Source: Microcoleus sp.
GTDB taxonomy: Bacteria > Cyanobacteriota > Cyanobacteriia > Cyanobacteriales > Microcoleaceae
Length of the DNA: 64,000 nucleotides
NCBI GenBank assembly: GCA_042408215.1
Contig: JAYFMW010000017.1
Span: 448,001-512,000, forward strand
Direction: 5' to 3'
The position numbers were made by a program, and so were the translations under genes. Below are positions 1 through 9,097 of the stretch, in pieces. The notes under the pieces are model-generated. The model was not told the DNA's origin and ran no database searches. It worked only from the letters and a program-made list of their open reading frames with translations. The first letter of the stretch is position 1; each line of letters opens with the position of its first letter.

Positions 1-887
1 TTACTAAACGAATATATTTCCGGTCTGAAAACAAGTCCTAGCCAAGTTGCTTGCATTTCTAATTGATAGCGAGACTGTCCTTGGACGATCGAAGTTTTGA
101 CATCCCAGCGAGAATCTTCTGGAACTATCCGCATTTTTTTAAAGGATTCATTCTTCAGAAAAAAGCGCTCGTTGTCAATATCTATCAGCATTTGCTCTAT
201 CTGCGCCCAAGGTTTTGTGCGAGCCTCTTGTTTGAGGTATTTCTCCATTTCATTGAGGATAATAACACCTCGGGAGCGATTAATAGTTGGGCCTTGAAAT
301 GTCACCACATAATCGCTTCGCTTCAAATTCTCTGATAAAACACTCGGATAGTCTTGCAGCCAACCTTGAATTAAAAAGTGAAAGGCAAACCAACAAGAAA
401 TCAGCACATGACACAGGGTAAAAATCACAAATTGCGGGCGAACTAACGACCTGACTCTTTCCCATTTTGACTCGCTTTTCCAAATTTCTATGATAGCAGC
501 AACTACGATGGCGATAATCGGGCCAGCTATCCACGCTATTTCCTTATTTTCTGCCGGCAATCTTACCAACAACCACAAGCCAATTAAGAAACTTGTCACC
601 CACGGACTGATAATTTTTCCGTAAATAACAAAAGGTTTCTGAGAGGTGAGTGCACCCATTGAAATTGTAAAAAATAACCAGCTCAAATCAGCAATAGTCG
701 TTCTGGTTGGCGCATCAGCGAAGGCCGCCACCGACAGCAAAGCTAAAAATATGCTAATCAGTAAAGGCGTCTTCCAGTGGACAACTTTAGGCGGAACCAT
801 CGTCTTTTGGACTTTTTTATTGGTTTCCCAAAGGTTATTTGTTAGCTTCGTCAGTTGCTGGGTGACATCCAAAAATTGTTTCATCAT
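1..887 (-). CDS. fraD: Septal junction protein FraD (DUF5357), 3' end beyond window
   Basis: Not in the ORF track because there is no stop inside the window. Read manually from ATG 887: MMKQFLDVTQQLTK...PPKVVHWKTPLLISIFL...PWVTSFLIG...HVLISCWFAFHFLIQGWLQDYPSVLSENLKRSDYV. Multi-TM protein directly downstream of fraC. Confidence 0.75.
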   Translation of the reverse strand, partial: MMKQFLDVTQQLTKLTNNLWETNKKVQKTMVPPKVVHWKTPLLISIFLALLSVAAFADAPTRTTIADLSWLFFTISMGALTSQKPFVIYGKIISPWVTSFLIGLWLLVRLPAENKEIAWIAGPIIAIVVAAIIEIWKSESKWERVRSLVRPQFVIFTLCHVLISCWFAFHFLIQGWLQDYPSVLSENLKRSDYVVTFQGPTINRSRGVIILNEMEKYLKQEARTKPWAQIEQMLIDIDNERFFLKNESFKKMRIVPEDSRWDVKTSIVQGQSRYQLEMQATWLGLVFRPEIYSFS

Positions 888-893
888 ATAGCA

Positions 894-935
894 GAAGGAA
901 GAAGGAAGAAGGAAGAAGGAAGAAGGAAGAAGGAA
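894..935. repeat. Heptamer tandem repeat (GAAGGAA)n, STRR-type
   Basis: About 6 copies between fraC and fraD. Similar heptamer tracts at 12120-12152 (TGCCCYA), 13594-13632 (TTGTCAG), 25533-25600, 32445-32474, 42698-42745 and 59232-59273. Confidence 0.9.
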
Positions 936-995
936 TAATAGCAAGGATTTCAGCGATTAAAAATTTCCTAATTGCCGAGAAGGTTGCTATATGTT

Positions 996-1514
996 TCAAT
1001 TGACGCTTTCCAAAAAAAACACGGTTAAGATCACGAAATTGCTAACAGTGTGGGCGATTAAAACTGCACCAAAAGTAGTAGTTACTTGGAAAGTTTTTTT
1101 AGGAGGGCGCTTGGTGAGGGTGGGCGGCCCTAAGAATTGAGGTTTGGTTGTTTTTTTATTGCCAGATGCCAAATTTTGCACCAGTTCTAATCCCTGCCAC
1201 TTGGCTAAAAAAGTTATTCCTAATACTGCTACTGCTATCAGAGTTATGGGAGCGTAAATATCCTGGTATCCTCCTAATAACATATAACCGATCAGCCGTT
1301 CCCGCAGGTCTTTTGAAAGCACGCTTTCAATGCCGAAGAAAATTAACCAACCTACGCAAGTGCAAGATAGATTGATGATGGTGGTATATTCAACGCTGGT
1401 TTTCGGGCCGAGTTTAAGTAGCTTTTGGAGAAACCACGCTTCGATCGCGATCGCCAAAAACACAATTAAAATTTGCACCAAAACTATCCGAAATGGAAAA
1501 ACACTCGCAATCAT
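996..1514 (-). CDS. fraC: Filament integrity protein FraC
   Basis: 172 aa membrane protein with the FPFRIVLVQIL..LAIAIEA..KTSVEYTTIINL..VGW motif, upstream of fraD. Confidence 0.8.
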   Translation of the reverse strand: MIASVFPFRIVLVQILIVFLAIAIEAWFLQKLLKLGPKTSVEYTTIINLSCTCVGWLIFFGIESVLSKDLRERLIGYMLLGGYQDIYAPITLIAVAVLGITFLAKWQGLELVQNLASGNKKTTKPQFLGPPTLTKRPPKKTFQVTTTFGAVLIAHTVSNFVILTVFFLESVN

Positions 1515-1708
1515 AAGTTTACAGCTATAAGGGCTGGGTAGAATCTATGTCGCCACCGGGCACAAACAGGACGATCGCGATCGAGCTAATTTGCCGTCTT
1601 GATATTTCAATCCCGGACATTTTCGCCACTCTGTCGGACCTAGCACGATACCGGGTTTTGAGCTTGTTTATAGTATAATCTGTCCAGATCCATTCACAGA
1701 ATGGAAAC

Positions 1709-3053
1709 TTGACACTCCCCAGCCTAAAGGCGTGGGGATTCTTTGTTCATAGAGCTAACGTGCTGCGGACAGGATTTCTCCAACCAGAGTAGAGGTCAAT
1801 TCTCCCAAAGCGTTGCTTGCGTTAAGCGCAAAGGTTCCGGTATGTCCTACCGTACCCAATCCTCGACTCAGGATATTTCTAGCTGCGTTTTCATCCCTAT
1901 CAAGAGTGCATCCACACTTGCAAACGTGCGTCCTCGTGGATAGCGTTTTCTTGACAATTGCACCGCAGCTAGAGCATTCTTGGCTAGTGTATTGTGGATT
2001 TACCGCAACCGTAACTCTTTCAAATACTTTGCCAAAGTATTCCAGCCAGATACGGAACTGATACCAAGAAGCATCGTTAATAGACTTAGCTAAACAATGA
2101 TTTTTCACCAGATTTTTAATTCTCAAATCTTCGTAAGCTATCAAGTCGTTTGACTGAACTACGCACCGCGCTAATTTCACAGCGTGGTCTTTGCGTTGCC
2201 GACTTATTTTGAGATGGCGTTTTCCTAAAATCTGTCTAGCTTTGCCTCTATTTTTTGAACCTTTAACTTTTCTAGAAACGCGACGTTGAGAGCGCTTAAG
2301 AACTTTTTCACCTGTTCGGAGGAATCTCGGATTTTCAACCGTCACTCCATTTGAATCGGTGTAATATTCCTTCAAACCAACGTCTAATCCGATGGTATTT
2401 CCAGAAGGCTCTATGTTTTCCTTTCGAGCGACATCGACACAGAATTGAACGTACACGCCGTCTGCACGTTTTACCAATCTTACCCGTTTGATTTGGGCGA
2501 TTTGATAGAAATGCAAATCCCGTGTTCCCTTTAATTTGAGTTTACCAATCCCTTTTTTGTCGGTGAATTTGATTGATTTTCTGTCATCCGCAAGTTTCCA
2601 TCCAGTTGATTTATACTCAACTGAGCGACAGTCTTTCTGGAATTGTGGATATCCTTTTTTACCAGGAATTGACTTTTTGCAGTTCTCGTAAAATCGGGAG
2701 ATAGCAGACCAGGCTCGTTCAGCACTGGCTTGTCTAGCTTGAGAGTTAAGTTCGTCGGCAAACGGGAAGTTATGAGCCAATACAGCACAATATTTGTTTA
2801 AATCGTACTTATCTATTTTTTTGTTGTCCATCCAATAGCGCAAACAGCTATTGCGGACAAATTGTGCTGTACGAATCGCTTCATTTACTGCTGCAATCTG
2901 ATTTGATTTTCCGTAAGCTTTGAACTCAAAAACTAGCATCGCCTTACCTCCTGCCTTATACTAGATCTTTTAGCACAAGATTTGCTGGTATTGTAACAAA
3001 GGTTTACAATTAAAGCCGTCCTAAAAGGACGGGGTTTTAAACCCAATTTCCTG
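1709..3053 (-). mobile_element. IS200/IS605-family element, tnpB-only (IS1341-like), copy 1
   Basis: Left-end hairpin (AAACCCCGTCCTTTTAGGACGGCTTT on the - strand, ~3012-3042) preceded by TTTAT. Right-end hairpin ending GAGTGTCAA at 1709. Both ends align with copy 2. No tnpA. Confidence 0.85.
1755..2939 (-). CDS. tnpB: RNA-guided endonuclease TnpB
   Basis: 394 aa. RuvC motifs GLDVG, AYEDL, DRDENAA; Zn finger CSSC...CKCG. Confidence 0.95.
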   Translation of the reverse strand: MLVFEFKAYGKSNQIAAVNEAIRTAQFVRNSCLRYWMDNKKIDKYDLNKYCAVLAHNFPFADELNSQARQASAERAWSAISRFYENCKKSIPGKKGYPQFQKDCRSVEYKSTGWKLADDRKSIKFTDKKGIGKLKLKGTRDLHFYQIAQIKRVRLVKRADGVYVQFCVDVARKENIEPSGNTIGLDVGLKEYYTDSNGVTVENPRFLRTGEKVLKRSQRRVSRKVKGSKNRGKARQILGKRHLKISRQRKDHAVKLARCVVQSNDLIAYEDLRIKNLVKNHCLAKSINDASWYQFRIWLEYFGKVFERVTVAVNPQYTSQECSSCGAIVKKTLSTRTHVCKCGCTLDRDENAARNILSRGLGTVGHTGTFALNASNALGELTSTLVGEILSAAR

Positions 3054-3112
3054 ATAAAACATTAAATTCCCTTAGCTACCGACCGCAAGACAGACTAAAA
3101 TAACTGCTGATT

Positions 3113-4246
3113 ATGGTAAGGAATGGCATTGGTATTCGGACAGCATCATCCCGATCGGAACGCGACATCGGTCAGATTCACGTCTACGACGGCGCTGGGA
3201 AAGGCAAGTCTCAGGCAGCTTTAGGGGTGGTTTTGCGATCGATCGGGCTGGGAATCGAGTCGGACTCGCCGACACGAGTCTTGCTGTTGCGCTTTCTCAA
3301 AGGCCCCGATCGAGCTTACGATGAAGACGGGGCCATCGAAGCATTGCAGCGAGCATTCCCTCACTTGATCGACCAAGTGCGTACTGGTCGATCGGAATAT
3401 TTTGGGGCCGAAGCAATCACCCGCTTAGATCGCACAGAAGCCCAGCGGGGCTGGGATATAGCAAAAGGGGCGATCGCCTCGGAACTCTATTCCGTGGTGG
3501 TTCTAGACGAACTCAACCCCGTCTTGGACTTAGGTTTGCTCCCAGTCGATGAAGTCGTCCAAACCCTCAAAAACAAACCCGAATATTTAGAAGTAATCGC
3601 CACAGGAAGGGCCGCCCCCCAAGCTTTACTGGATATTGCCGACTTGCATTCAGAAATGAAGCCCCACTACCACCCCGCAGCGGCCGAACACAATATTACG
3701 GGTATCGAAATATACACTGGTGCTGGGAAAGGCAAGTCTACGAGCGCTTTGGGCAAAGCTTTGCAGGCGATCGGCAGAGGTATCAGTTTAGACCAATCTC
3801 ACCGGGTGTTAATTGTGCAGTGGCTGAAAGGTGGCACCGGTTATACGGAAGATGCGGCGATCGCAGCTTTGCGGAAAAGCTACCCGCAGCTAGTCGATCA
3901 CCAGCGGTGCGGCCGGGATGCCATAGTTTGGCGCGGTCAACAGCAGGAGGTAGACTGTACGGAAGCAGAACGCGGCTGGGAAATCGCTAAAGCTGCGATC
4001 GCCAGCGGCTGGTACAAAACAATTATTCTTGACGAACTCAATCCCACCGTAGACTTAGAATTGCTGCCGGTAGAGCCGATCGTCGAAGCCCTGCTACGCA
4101 AACCCCGCGATACAGAAATCATTATCACCGGGCGCTGCCACAAACCCCACGCTTACTTTGATTTAGCAAGCGTACACTCAGAGGTATACTGTCACAAACA
4201 CTACGGCGATCGGGGCGTAGAACTCAAGCGCGGCGTAGACTTTTAA
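3113..4246 (+). CDS. cobO: Cob(I)yrinic acid a,c-diamide adenosyltransferase (tandem BtuR/CobO domains)
   Basis: Two GAGKGKS P-loop repeats, LDELN and TGR motifs; the duplicated form is typical of cyanobacteria. Confidence 0.9.
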   Translation: MVRNGIGIRTASSRSERDIGQIHVYDGAGKGKSQAALGVVLRSIGLGIESDSPTRVLLLRFLKGPDRAYDEDGAIEALQRAFPHLIDQVRTGRSEYFGAEAITRLDRTEAQRGWDIAKGAIASELYSVVVLDELNPVLDLGLLPVDEVVQTLKNKPEYLEVIATGRAAPQALLDIADLHSEMKPHYHPAAAEHNITGIEIYTGAGKGKSTSALGKALQAIGRGISLDQSHRVLIVQWLKGGTGYTEDAAIAALRKSYPQLVDHQRCGRDAIVWRGQQQEVDCTEAERGWEIAKAAIASGWYKTIILDELNPTVDLELLPVEPIVEALLRKPRDTEIIITGRCHKPHAYFDLASVHSEVYCHKHYGDRGVELKRGVDF

Positions 4247-4593
4247 AACCTAAATTCTGATCCCTTTTTTGATCCTTAATCTCAAATTCCCCCTCTGGAT
4301 GCGATCCCGGCTCGCCAATCCAGCATGGAACATTCAGAATATCAACCACGTCTTCGAGAGCGTAAGCACCTCAGACCGTTCAATAAGGATTATAAAAGGG
4401 TGAAGACATTGAAAATAAAAGCTTACAACGAAAAAGTACCCCATCGAGAAAGTCTAGACAGGGTGAATGCAAGTAGGCTAGACTTGCGGCTGGCAAACAA
4501 GTTAAACTACAGCGGCATCCAAACATTCGGTGCTCTAGGCAGTGTCTGTAGTCGCAAAAGCGATGACCAATTAAGTAGAGGAGTGAATCTGTA

Positions 4594-6555
4594 ATGACAA
4601 CGCTAGATGACAATGCTAATCAAATTGATTTAAACATTCCGGGATTAGGCCCGGATACAATTTTTGCCGGAGCCGGGGCTGATTTCGTTAGAACTTCCAC
4701 CCTGGGCGGCAGCTTAATATTTGGCCAAGCCGATAACGATACTCTTATTTCTGTTGGCCCGAACGATACTTTGCATGGCGACAATGACGAAGACTCACTC
4801 AGATCTCAGGGCACACCCGCCTGGCTGTATGGCGAAGCAGGTAATGACACCATAGTCGCTCAAGGCCGCGCTACGATGGAGGGCGGTGATGGAGACGACT
4901 TCATGCAAGCTACTGCCGATGCTAACCGGATGCTTGGCAATGGGGGCAACGATACGATGCTGGGCGGGGCCGTTGGCAGAGACACCCTCTACGGTGGCAA
5001 GGAGAATGACTCCTTGGGGTTCTTCACCGCAAGCGGAGGCAACAACCTCGGTCTTAACCTAACTGGAGGCTCCGGTGGCAATCAAGGAAGCAACTACTTG
5101 CGGGGCGACTCGGGGGACGACTTGGTTGTGGGCATCAATATCAGAGACACCCTCCTAGGCGGTAAAGGCAACGACACGCTGGTGGGTGTGGCGAGCAACA
5201 GCTATCTGTCTGGCGATAATGGCGACGATTCTTTATATATTAAGAATCCTACCCAGATCCAATTCAACTCATTCACTGGTAACAACAACGATACTGTGAC
5301 TGTCGGCGTTGAAAAAATCACTTTGCGGGGCGGTGCGGGCAACGATACTATCACTGGCGGTTACGGCCAGTCGGGTGGTGGCAAAAACTTGTTTGATGGG
5401 GGCGAGGGTAACGACAGGATCACGGTTTTCGCCACGCAAGATACCGCCCTCGGAGGTGCAGGCGACGACTTCATCGAATCGACTACTGCGCCACCCTCAT
5501 TTAACCCATTACCTAACTTAGCGGGCCAGACATATGTAGGCAGTCGGAACTCTCTCGACGGCGAGGCGGGCAACGACACGATCGTCGGTGGCTATGCGTC
5601 TGATACGATACTTGGCGGTGCAGACAGCGACAGCCTGAGCGGTATCTTTAAGCTAGGCTCCGGTGGAGACGGCAACGATACGATCATTGCCAGTGTCGCT
5701 TTTGGTGGTACTACTCCTATTTCTATTACTCTCGAAGGTGGCCTGGGCGACGATTCCTTAGTTGGCAATGTTAATGCCGGCACCGTCACCAACTTCATGA
5801 ACGGTGGCGCAGGGAATGACACAATCATCTTTGGCTCCACGGGCGATAAGTTGATTGGCGACTTTGCGGGTAACGACTTCATCTCCTATTCCAGTGTTAA
5901 CTTTACCGGTTTTACAACGACGAACCTGATTACCGACAACTTAGGCAACAACTTCATCGATGGCGGCAGCGGCACTGATTCCATAACTACTGGTGACGGG
6001 ATTGACGTACTGTTCGGTCGGGCTGGAGACGATACCTTGAATGCCGGTGGCGGGAACGACACGCTGTTCGGCGACGTTGGTAACGACTATTTGCTCGGAG
6101 GTAATGGTAACGACTCTCTCGGCGGCGCGATCGGTGCTGACACGCTGATTGGCGGCGCGGGTAGTGACAGCTTCTACTACAACAACTCCGGCGAGGGCGT
6201 CGCGCTCGACAGCCTCACCGGCTTCCCCGTCACTACCGGCTTTGGTACCAACCCAGACCAAATCGGCGATTTTAACCCCAGTGAAGACAAGTTTATCTTA
6301 CAGTCCAGCCAATTCGGCTTTGGTACAGTTAGTGTGCCAAGTCGCCTAGCTTCTCAGTCATTCTTGACGGTTGACGCTGGGACTTACAACACCACTACGC
6401 CAGCTCCAACAGGATCATCACCGTTAATCGTTTACGAAGCTGCAAATGGCAGGCTGCTGTACGATGCTGACGGCCAGGGTGGTAAAGATCATATTTACCT
6501 TGCACTTCTGGCCGGCACACCGAGGCTTAATGCGGATAACATTACCCTGATTTAA
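4594..6555 (+). CDS. RTX/hemolysin-type Ca2+-binding surface protein, oscillin-like
   Basis: 653 aa with dozens of GGxGNDxL nonapeptides and a C-terminal GRLLYDADGQG..LALL..LNADNITLI type-I-secretion-like tail. Confidence 0.85.
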   Translation: MTTLDDNANQIDLNIPGLGPDTIFAGAGADFVRTSTLGGSLIFGQADNDTLISVGPNDTLHGDNDEDSLRSQGTPAWLYGEAGNDTIVAQGRATMEGGDGDDFMQATADANRMLGNGGNDTMLGGAVGRDTLYGGKENDSLGFFTASGGNNLGLNLTGGSGGNQGSNYLRGDSGDDLVVGINIRDTLLGGKGNDTLVGVASNSYLSGDNGDDSLYIKNPTQIQFNSFTGNNNDTVTVGVEKITLRGGAGNDTITGGYGQSGGGKNLFDGGEGNDRITVFATQDTALGGAGDDFIESTTAPPSFNPLPNLAGQTYVGSRNSLDGEAGNDTIVGGYASDTILGGADSDSLSGIFKLGSGGDGNDTIIASVAFGGTTPISITLEGGLGDDSLVGNVNAGTVTNFMNGGAGNDTIIFGSTGDKLIGDFAGNDFISYSSVNFTGFTTTNLITDNLGNNFIDGGSGTDSITTGDGIDVLFGRAGDDTLNAGGGNDTLFGDVGNDYLLGGNGNDSLGGAIGADTLIGGAGSDSFYYNNSGEGVALDSLTGFPVTTGFGTNPDQIGDFNPSEDKFILQSSQFGFGTVSVPSRLASQSFLTVDAGTYNTTTPAPTGSSPLIVYEAANGRLLYDADGQGGKDHIYLALLAGTPRLNADNITLI

Positions 6556-6629
6556 TTTGGGTAGGAGTAGGTACTCGATTCTGAAAATATCGTCCTACCA
6601 ACTCTAAAAACTAATTGTGCTATGTTTCG

Positions 6630-6659
6630 AGCTGGGGATATGTATCCCTGGCTTTTTTA
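6630..6659 (+). terminator. Rho-independent terminator
   Basis: AGCTGGGGAT/ATCCCTGGCT stem followed by a T-run, downstream of the RTX gene. Confidence 0.65.
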
Positions 6660-6687
6660 TTGGCCTTGGGCCTTGGGCCGGTTCAGT

Positions 6688-6804
6688 GTCATGCTGAGTG
6701 AAACGAAGCATCTCGGAGATTCTTCGCAACGCTTGCGAATGACATTTAACGCTCAGAATGACATTTAACGCTCAGAATGACATTTAATGCTCAGAATGGC
6801 ATTT
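6688..6804. repeat. Palindromic TGTCATGCTGAG...CTCAGAATGACA element with a tandemly amplified 19-bp end
   Basis: GAATGACATTTAACGCTCA repeated about 3 times after the hairpin body. Confidence 0.7.
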
Positions 6805-6910
6805 CTGCGGGTAGGGAGGTATTTCGGTAAAAACCCGGTTTCTGACCACTGGTAAAGGGGCGCGTTTTTATAATTAATCGATGGGTATCAGAGATTTAGG
6901 TGAAGCCACC

Positions 6911-7070
6911 CATTGGTGTCAACTTAAGACTGAAACCCATGAAAAATCTCGCTTTTACCTGAGTCTAGATCCCCCTAAATCCCCCTTAAGAAGGGAGTAG
7001 GGTGTGAGTAGGGGGTGACTTTGAGAAGATTCCTGTTCCCCCCTTGTTAAGGGGGGTTAGGGGGGATCTA
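6911..7070. mobile_element. Partial MITE (left TIR CATTGGTGTCAACTTAAG plus GATCCCCCTAAATCCCCCTTAAG palindrome)
   Basis: Same left end and body as the complete copies at 15172-15367 and 28679-28903; right TIR missing. Confidence 0.65.
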
Positions 7071-7092
7071 AGTTATCCCGTCAAAAAGTGAG

Positions 7093-7356
7093 GTGAAAAT
7101 AATGGAAACAATTAAAGACTTAGATATTGTTGCTTTAACAGAAGACTTGGAAGCAACCCATTTTGAAACAAAACAAATCATTAAATTGTCTAAAGGACAA
7201 GTCGGAACAGTTGTGATGGAATTTGATGGCAGTGCTTTTGAGGTAGAATTTTCTCATCAAGATGGCACAACTTATGCAATGGAGACAATTCCCGCCACCA
7301 AATTAATGCTTTTGCATTATGAGTTAGTAGAATCTGTAGGGGCGGTTCGCCGATGA
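7093..7356 (+). CDS. DUF4926 domain protein
   Basis: LDIVALTEDL...GQVGTVV...AFEVEFS..DGTTYAM pattern. Confidence 0.8.
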   Translation: MKIMETIKDLDIVALTEDLEATHFETKQIIKLSKGQVGTVVMEFDGSAFEVEFSHQDGTTYAMETIPATKLMLLHYELVESVGAVRR

Positions 7357-7372
7357 ATTTTGCCACTTGACT

Positions 7373-7925
7373 ACTGGTAAACTAAAGAAACCGGGTTTTT
7401 TGCGGTGCTGTGGTTGGTACTGAAACCCATGAAAAATCTCGCTTTTACCTGAGTCTAGATCCCCCTAAATCCCCCTTAAGAAGGGAGTAGGGTGTGAGTA
7501 GGGGGTGACTTTGAGAAGATTCCGGTTTCTGGCCACTGGTAAACTAAAGAAATCGGGTTTTTGGCAGTTCTGTGGTTGGTACTGAAACCCATGAAAAATC
7601 TCGCTTTTATCTGAGTCTAGATCCCCCTAAATCCCCCTTAAGAAGGGAGTAGGGTGTGAGTAGGGGGTGACTTTGAGAAGATTCCGGTTTCTGGCCACTG
7701 GTAAACTAAAGAAACCGGGTTTTTGCAGTGCTGTGGTTGGTACTGAAACCCATGAAAAATCTCGCTTTTACCTGAGTCTAGATCCCCCTAAATCCCCCTT
7801 AAGAAGGGGAGTAGGGGGTGACTTTGAGAAGATTCCGGTTTCTGGCCACTGGTAAACTAAAGAAACCGGGTTTTTGGCAGTGCTGTGGTTGGTAATCAAG
7901 TATTTCGGTAAAAACCCGGTTTCTG
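7373..7925. repeat. Tandem array of ~162-bp chimeric repeat units (3 full plus a partial)
   Basis: Units start at 7373, 7535, 7697 and 7848. Each fuses an AAAGAAACCGGGTTTT repeat half to the MITE body. Confidence 0.9.
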
Positions 7926-7939
7926 ACTCCTTGCGTGTC

Positions 7940-8161
7940 CTATGTTGGAATTTCCACAAGTTTATTTTTGGAGGAAAGACCACACTTAATTGATATAGAA
8001 GATTTCGGCACTTTAAACTTTTTAGACAATAATACAATTAATTCTTGATTGGCTTTGCCATCGACTGGCGGCGATTTGAGATGTACTATTAAACTGCCGT
8101 CTGGTTGTTCTTCGATGCTTTGATTTTTGGAGTTTGGTTTAACTTTGATTGTTAAAATCAT
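7940..8161 (-). CDS. DUF167 / YggU family protein
   Basis: KVKPNS...[33 protein letters not shown]. Confidence 0.9.
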   Translation of the reverse strand: MILTIKVKPNSKNQSIEEQPDGSLIVHLKSPPVDGKANQELIVLLSKKFKVPKSSISIKCGLSSKNKLVEIPT

Positions 8162-8183
8162 CAAATTGCAGTCCTTGAAATAC

Positions 8184-8310
8184 TAAAGAAACCGGGTTTT
8201 TAACCAGTGTTAAAGGCTCAAATGCAGTATTTCTGTAAAAAACCCGGTTTCTGTTTTTAACCAGTGTTAAAGGCTCAAATGCAGTATTTCTGTAAAAAAC
8301 CCGGTTTCTG
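8184..8310. repeat. AAAGAAACCGGGTTTT...AAAACCCGGTTTCT palindromic repeat with an internal duplication
   Basis: Same family at 6826-6843, 7858-7924, 50339-50402 and 53428-53494. Confidence 0.8.
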
Positions 8311-8579
8311 CATCCAGGCTAATCTAGAAACCGTTGCGTCCCCAAATTACCATTGAAATTGAGAAGGAGAACAGAACTAGCAACGAAACCCAACCGAGTG
8401 ACAAAATATCCATAGTTATTTAAGAAACTGTACAAATTGACTCCAAACCTTATGATACAGCAGATTGCAGGTTTATGAGATACACCTCATCAACCCCGAA
8501 TCAGGGCGGGCACGGGGGCACCGCCCCTACAAAAAACCGGTTTCTTTGTGCTTCACTTACCTGAAAAGTGCTGTAGTCA

Positions 8580-9050
8580 ATGTCAAGTTTTAGTGCGGCT
8601 GAACGGGTAGAATCTTTGAAAGCAGGGGCTGTTGCTGCTTTTGGGATGTTTTGGGGTTTTGGGGCGATCGCTATTGTTAATAGCTTGATTCTGGCCCGTA
8701 GGTGGGATTTTCTGGCGGGATTGCAGGTAAGGGCGATCGACCTAAATTTTGCTTTCAAAGGGTCGATCGCCCTTTTGGCCGGTTTTCTATTCGGTGTCAC
8801 CTACCGCTATGCGATTCGCCGAGATACTAATCCGCAACTCAAATCGGGTGTGGTGTTGGCTTTTGGGCTGGTGCGGGCTTTTGGACAGTTGGATGCTGGA
8901 TTGTTGTTTGAGGCGGGGAAAATGCCAGCCCTACAAGAGTTATTGCCCTTTGTGGTTCGGAGTGTCGAGAGTGTGTTATTGTTTGCGATCGCCGGTTTTG
9001 TCTTGGATTGGGCGATCGGGCGATCGTGGATTAAGCCTTTTGATTCTTGA
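8580..9050 (+). CDS. Conserved cyanobacterial membrane protein
   Basis: 156 aa with ERVESLKAG...FLFGVTYRYAIR.D.NPQLKSGVVLAFGLVR. Confidence 0.7.
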   Translation: MSSFSAAERVESLKAGAVAAFGMFWGFGAIAIVNSLILARRWDFLAGLQVRAIDLNFAFKGSIALLAGFLFGVTYRYAIRRDTNPQLKSGVVLAFGLVRAFGQLDAGLLFEAGKMPALQELLPFVVRSVESVLLFAIAGFVLDWAIGRSWIKPFDS

Positions 9051-9097
9051 GATTTGCCGTTGGATGGGAGATTTGCGGTTGGGTGGGGCGGGTTTAC

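Noticed and set aside
3113..4246. Internal duplication in cobO
   Set aside because: The two-domain form is usual in cyanobacteria.
7373..7925. Regularly spaced repeats as a possible CRISPR array (also 41137-42278, 54581-54880, 59093-59232)
   Set aside because: The intervening sequences are near-identical rather than unique spacers, and there are no cas genes.
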